A stretch of DNA of 64,000 nt, from NCBI GenBank assembly GCA_023248155.1, contig JAHFFE010000001.1:314603-378602 (forward strand). Reading direction: 5' to 3'. A program made the translations under genes and the position numbers. Origin of the DNA: Candidatus Omnitrophota bacterium (GTDB lineage: Bacteria; Omnitrophota; Gorgyraeia; 1-14-0-20-64-10). Below the pieces are notes generated by a model. It made no database searches. It worked only from the letters and a program-made list of their open reading frames with translations, and was not told the DNA's origin. The first letter of the stretch is position 1, and every line of letters begins with the position of its first letter. This document shows positions 61,969-64,000 of this stretch, one piece after another.

Positions 61969-62951
61969 CGACCCCGCGTCCGCGGATCTTAAGCGGTATG
62001 CGGCCGACCGGCCCTCTGCATTTGGGGCATCTGGTGGGCGCTCTGAGCAACTGGGTTGAGCTTCAACAGCAGTACGACTGTTTCTTTATGGTCGCCGACT
62101 GGCACGCGCTGATGAGCGAGTACGAACGCCCCGGTGAAATGGCGCAGCGCGTCGAGCAGATGGTCAGCGACTGGATTGCCGGCGGTGTCGATCCTAAACG
62201 TTCGGTAATTTTCCGGCAGTCGGATGTTCCGGAACATCTGGAATTATACATGGTGCTCTCGATCCTGACGCCGTTGGGTTGGGTGGAGCGCGTTCCAACC
62301 TACAAAGAACAGCTGCGCGAAGTGACCGGGCGCGATCTGGCGACCTACGGATTTTTGGGATACCCGGTTCTGCAGGCGGCCGATATTCTGCTCTATAAAG
62401 CCAATGCGGTTCCGGTCGGCGAAGACCAGATTCCGCACCTGGAATTGACGCGCGAGATTGTGCGCCGGTTCAAATTTTTGTACAACACCGATATTTTTCC
62501 GGAACCCAAACCGCTGTTAACCGAAGAGGCGCGTCTGCTGGGTCTGGATGGGCGCAAGATGTCGAAGTCGTACGACAATTACATCGGCCTATCCGAAGAT
62601 CCGGAATCACTTCGCAAGAAGGCGCAGAAAATGTTCACCGATCCCAAGCGGATCAAGATGACCGATGCGGGCCATCCGGAAGAATGCAATGTCTGCCATT
62701 ACTGGCAGGTGTTCGCGCCGAACGAGGCGCCCGCTGTCTGGGAAGAGTGCCGCACCTCGAAGCGCGGATGCACGAAGAACAAACAGGAATTGGCCGAGCG
62801 GCTGGTGACGCTGACCGAACCGTTCCGCAAGAACCGCAGCCAGATTCAGTCGGGCGCTGTGCGAAAAATTTTGGATGAAGGCGCCGAGCGCGCCCGCGCG
62901 ATTGCGCGCGAGACGATCCGTGAAGTCCGTCAGGCCGTGGGGATGTCGTGA
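61965..62951 (+). CDS. trpS: Tryptophanyl-tRNA synthetase
   Basis: HLGHLVG (HIGH-class motif) and KMSKS motifs. Confidence 0.95.
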   Translation: MTTPRPRILSGMRPTGPLHLGHLVGALSNWVELQQQYDCFFMVADWHALMSEYERPGEMAQRVEQMVSDWIAGGVDPKRSVIFRQSDVPEHLELYMVLSILTPLGWVERVPTYKEQLREVTGRDLATYGFLGYPVLQAADILLYKANAVPVGEDQIPHLELTREIVRRFKFLYNTDIFPEPKPLLTEEARLLGLDGRKMSKSYDNYIGLSEDPESLRKKAQKMFTDPKRIKMTDAGHPEECNVCHYWQVFAPNEAPAVWEECRTSKRGCTKNKQELAERLVTLTEPFRKNRSQIQSGAVRKILDEGAERARAIARETIREVRQAVGMS

Positions 62952-63664
62952 GCTATAAAATCTCGCTCGAAATTTTTGAAGGACCGCTCGACCTGCTGTT
63001 GCACCTGGTCAAGCAGAACCATTTGGAAATCGAGACGATTCCGATCGCCAGCATCACCGACCAGTACCTGCGCTATCTGGAAATGATGGAAGCGCTTGAT
63101 CTGGAAGTGGCCGGCGAATTTCTGGTGGTGGCTGCAACGCTGATGCAGATTAAATCGCGCGCGCTGCTTCCGCCCGAGACGCTGCCTCCGGCCGATGCCG
63201 AAGAGCCGGACCCGGCACAGGAACTGATCGCGCGGCTGAAAGAATATCAGAAATTTAAGCAGGCGGCCGAACAGCTGGCCGGCAGGGAGAAGGAACGGAT
63301 GGTTCAATATGTCCGTCCGGTCGCCCGCGAGGATGTTCCGTCGGAGACGGAAGAGTTTATTGATGCCAGTTTGTTTGATCTGCTGACGGCATTCTCGCAG
63401 TTCATGTCCGCGGATATGGCGAAGGCCGCGCATGAAGTTTTGCAGGAACAGTTTACTGTAGAAGATAAAGTCGCGTATCTGCGGCAGATTGTGTCTGAAA
63501 AGAAGCGTTTGAGTTTTACGGATTTGTTCCGCCGCTCGCGCAGTAAACCGGAAGCGATTGCGACCTTTTTGGCATTGTTGGAGTTGATCCGCATGAAAGA
63601 GTTCGGCATCGTGCAAAGCCAATTATTCGGCGACATTGAAATTGTTTTACGGGAGGCGGCATGA
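62948..63664 (+). CDS. scpA: Segregation and condensation protein A
   Basis: FEGPLDLLLHLV N-terminal motif. Confidence 0.85.
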   Translation: MSYKISLEIFEGPLDLLLHLVKQNHLEIETIPIASITDQYLRYLEMMEALDLEVAGEFLVVAATLMQIKSRALLPPETLPPADAEEPDPAQELIARLKEYQKFKQAAEQLAGREKERMVQYVRPVAREDVPSETEEFIDASLFDLLTAFSQFMSADMAKAAHEVLQEQFTVEDKVAYLRQIVSEKKRLSFTDLFRRSRSKPEAIATFLALLELIRMKEFGIVQSQLFGDIEIVLREAA

Positions 63665-64000
63665 TCGATAGCGAAATCAAAAAAATTCTGGAAGCGCTGC
63701 TATTCGTTTCCGATAAACCGTTGATGGTGGCGCAGGTGCGCGAGGTGTTCGGGCCCGAAATTTCTTCGGCCGACCTGGAACGGCTTTTCGCGGAACTGCG
63801 CGCCGATTATGAACAGAACGACCGCGCGCTGCGCATTGTCGAAGTGGCCGACGGATTCCAGATGGTGACGAATCCGGCGCTGGTTGACTATGTTGCCAAA
63901 TTAAACCGCAAAGTGCGCCGGATCCGTCTGACGAAACCGTCATTGGAAACATTGGCGATCATCGCGTACCGCCAGCCGCTCACGAAAGTGGAGATGGAAC
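63661..64000 (+). CDS. scpB: Segregation and condensation protein B (3' end truncated by the window edge)
   Basis: The window-end translation MIDSEIKKILEALLFVSDKPL...TKPSLETLAIIAYRQPLTK matches the ScpB winged-helix N-terminus. It is not in the ORF track because it runs off the end. Confidence 0.8.
   Translation, partial: MIDSEIKKILEALLFVSDKPLMVAQVREVFGPEISSADLERLFAELRADYEQNDRALRIVEVADGFQMVTNPALVDYVAKLNRKVRRIRLTKPSLETLAIIAYRQPLTKVEME

Overview
This is a 64-kb window at roughly 58-60% GC with every credible gene on the + strand. Many genes overlap their neighbours by 1-8 nt (ATGA/TAATG-type junctions), consistent with operon organisation and translational coupling. Only this one-strand window was examined and no database searches were run.

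**Left third (1-21.6 kb).** A Gram-negative envelope and housekeeping block:
- LPS inner-core genes (heptose-7-P kinase, kdsB, kdsA, kdsD, kdsC) with pyrG between kdsB and kdsA, interrupted by a Phd/YefM + VapC(PIN) toxin-antitoxin pair.
- LPS transport genes (LptC/LptA-like, lptB) followed by hpf, with no rpoN in between.
- tig-clpP, a class V aminotransferase with serA, purA, and a membrane H+-pyrophosphatase.

**Middle (22.7-47.7 kb).** A 25-kb tandem array of six paralogous giant genes (1101, 1683, 1923, 1604, 1038 and about 800 aa). I could not place it in any family I know.
- All six products carry Sec-type signal peptides.
- Five of six show a conserved box A-x-A-LR(A/G)-AG(L/A)EE right after the predicted signal-peptidase site.
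- About 37 recurrences of a short A-G-[L/A/Q]-E-E motif punctuate the proteins at domain boundaries. The motif is conserved at the peptide level; the codons vary.
- A conserved ~90-aa C-terminal module ends ...Y-x-V-[IL]-[RT]-S-A in several members.
- Inter-motif segments include domains that by eye resemble cytoplasmic metabolic enzymes: a KDPG-aldolase-like TIM barrel, a transaldolase-like TIM barrel, a ROK/ASKHA sugar-kinase-like fold, a fold-type-II PLP domain with a GSFK lysine motif, and a receiver-like domain.
- Paralogous modules are shuffled between members.

**Right third.** A ROK kinase, a peptidoglycan-binding protein, an OmpA-like lipoprotein, uppS-cdsA-dxr-rseP-ispG-proS, rimP-nusA-infB, trpS and scpA-scpB (scpB truncated by the window edge).

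**Intergenic elements.**
- A ~150-nt repeat present twice (3.15 kb and 57.65 kb), with a long hairpin whose closing stem shows compensatory base changes between copies.
- A double-hairpin repeat present twice; the second copy overlaps the start codon of giant gene 1.
- A ~400-bp element bounded by 23-bp terminal inverted repeats at the 3' end of the giant-gene array.
- A palindromic operator in the TA promoter.
- Consensus sigma-70 promoters upstream of several giant genes.

No rRNA, tRNA or CRISPR was seen. I did not recognise the lineage. LPS, Lpt and OmpA genes indicate a diderm, possibly from an uncultivated phylum.
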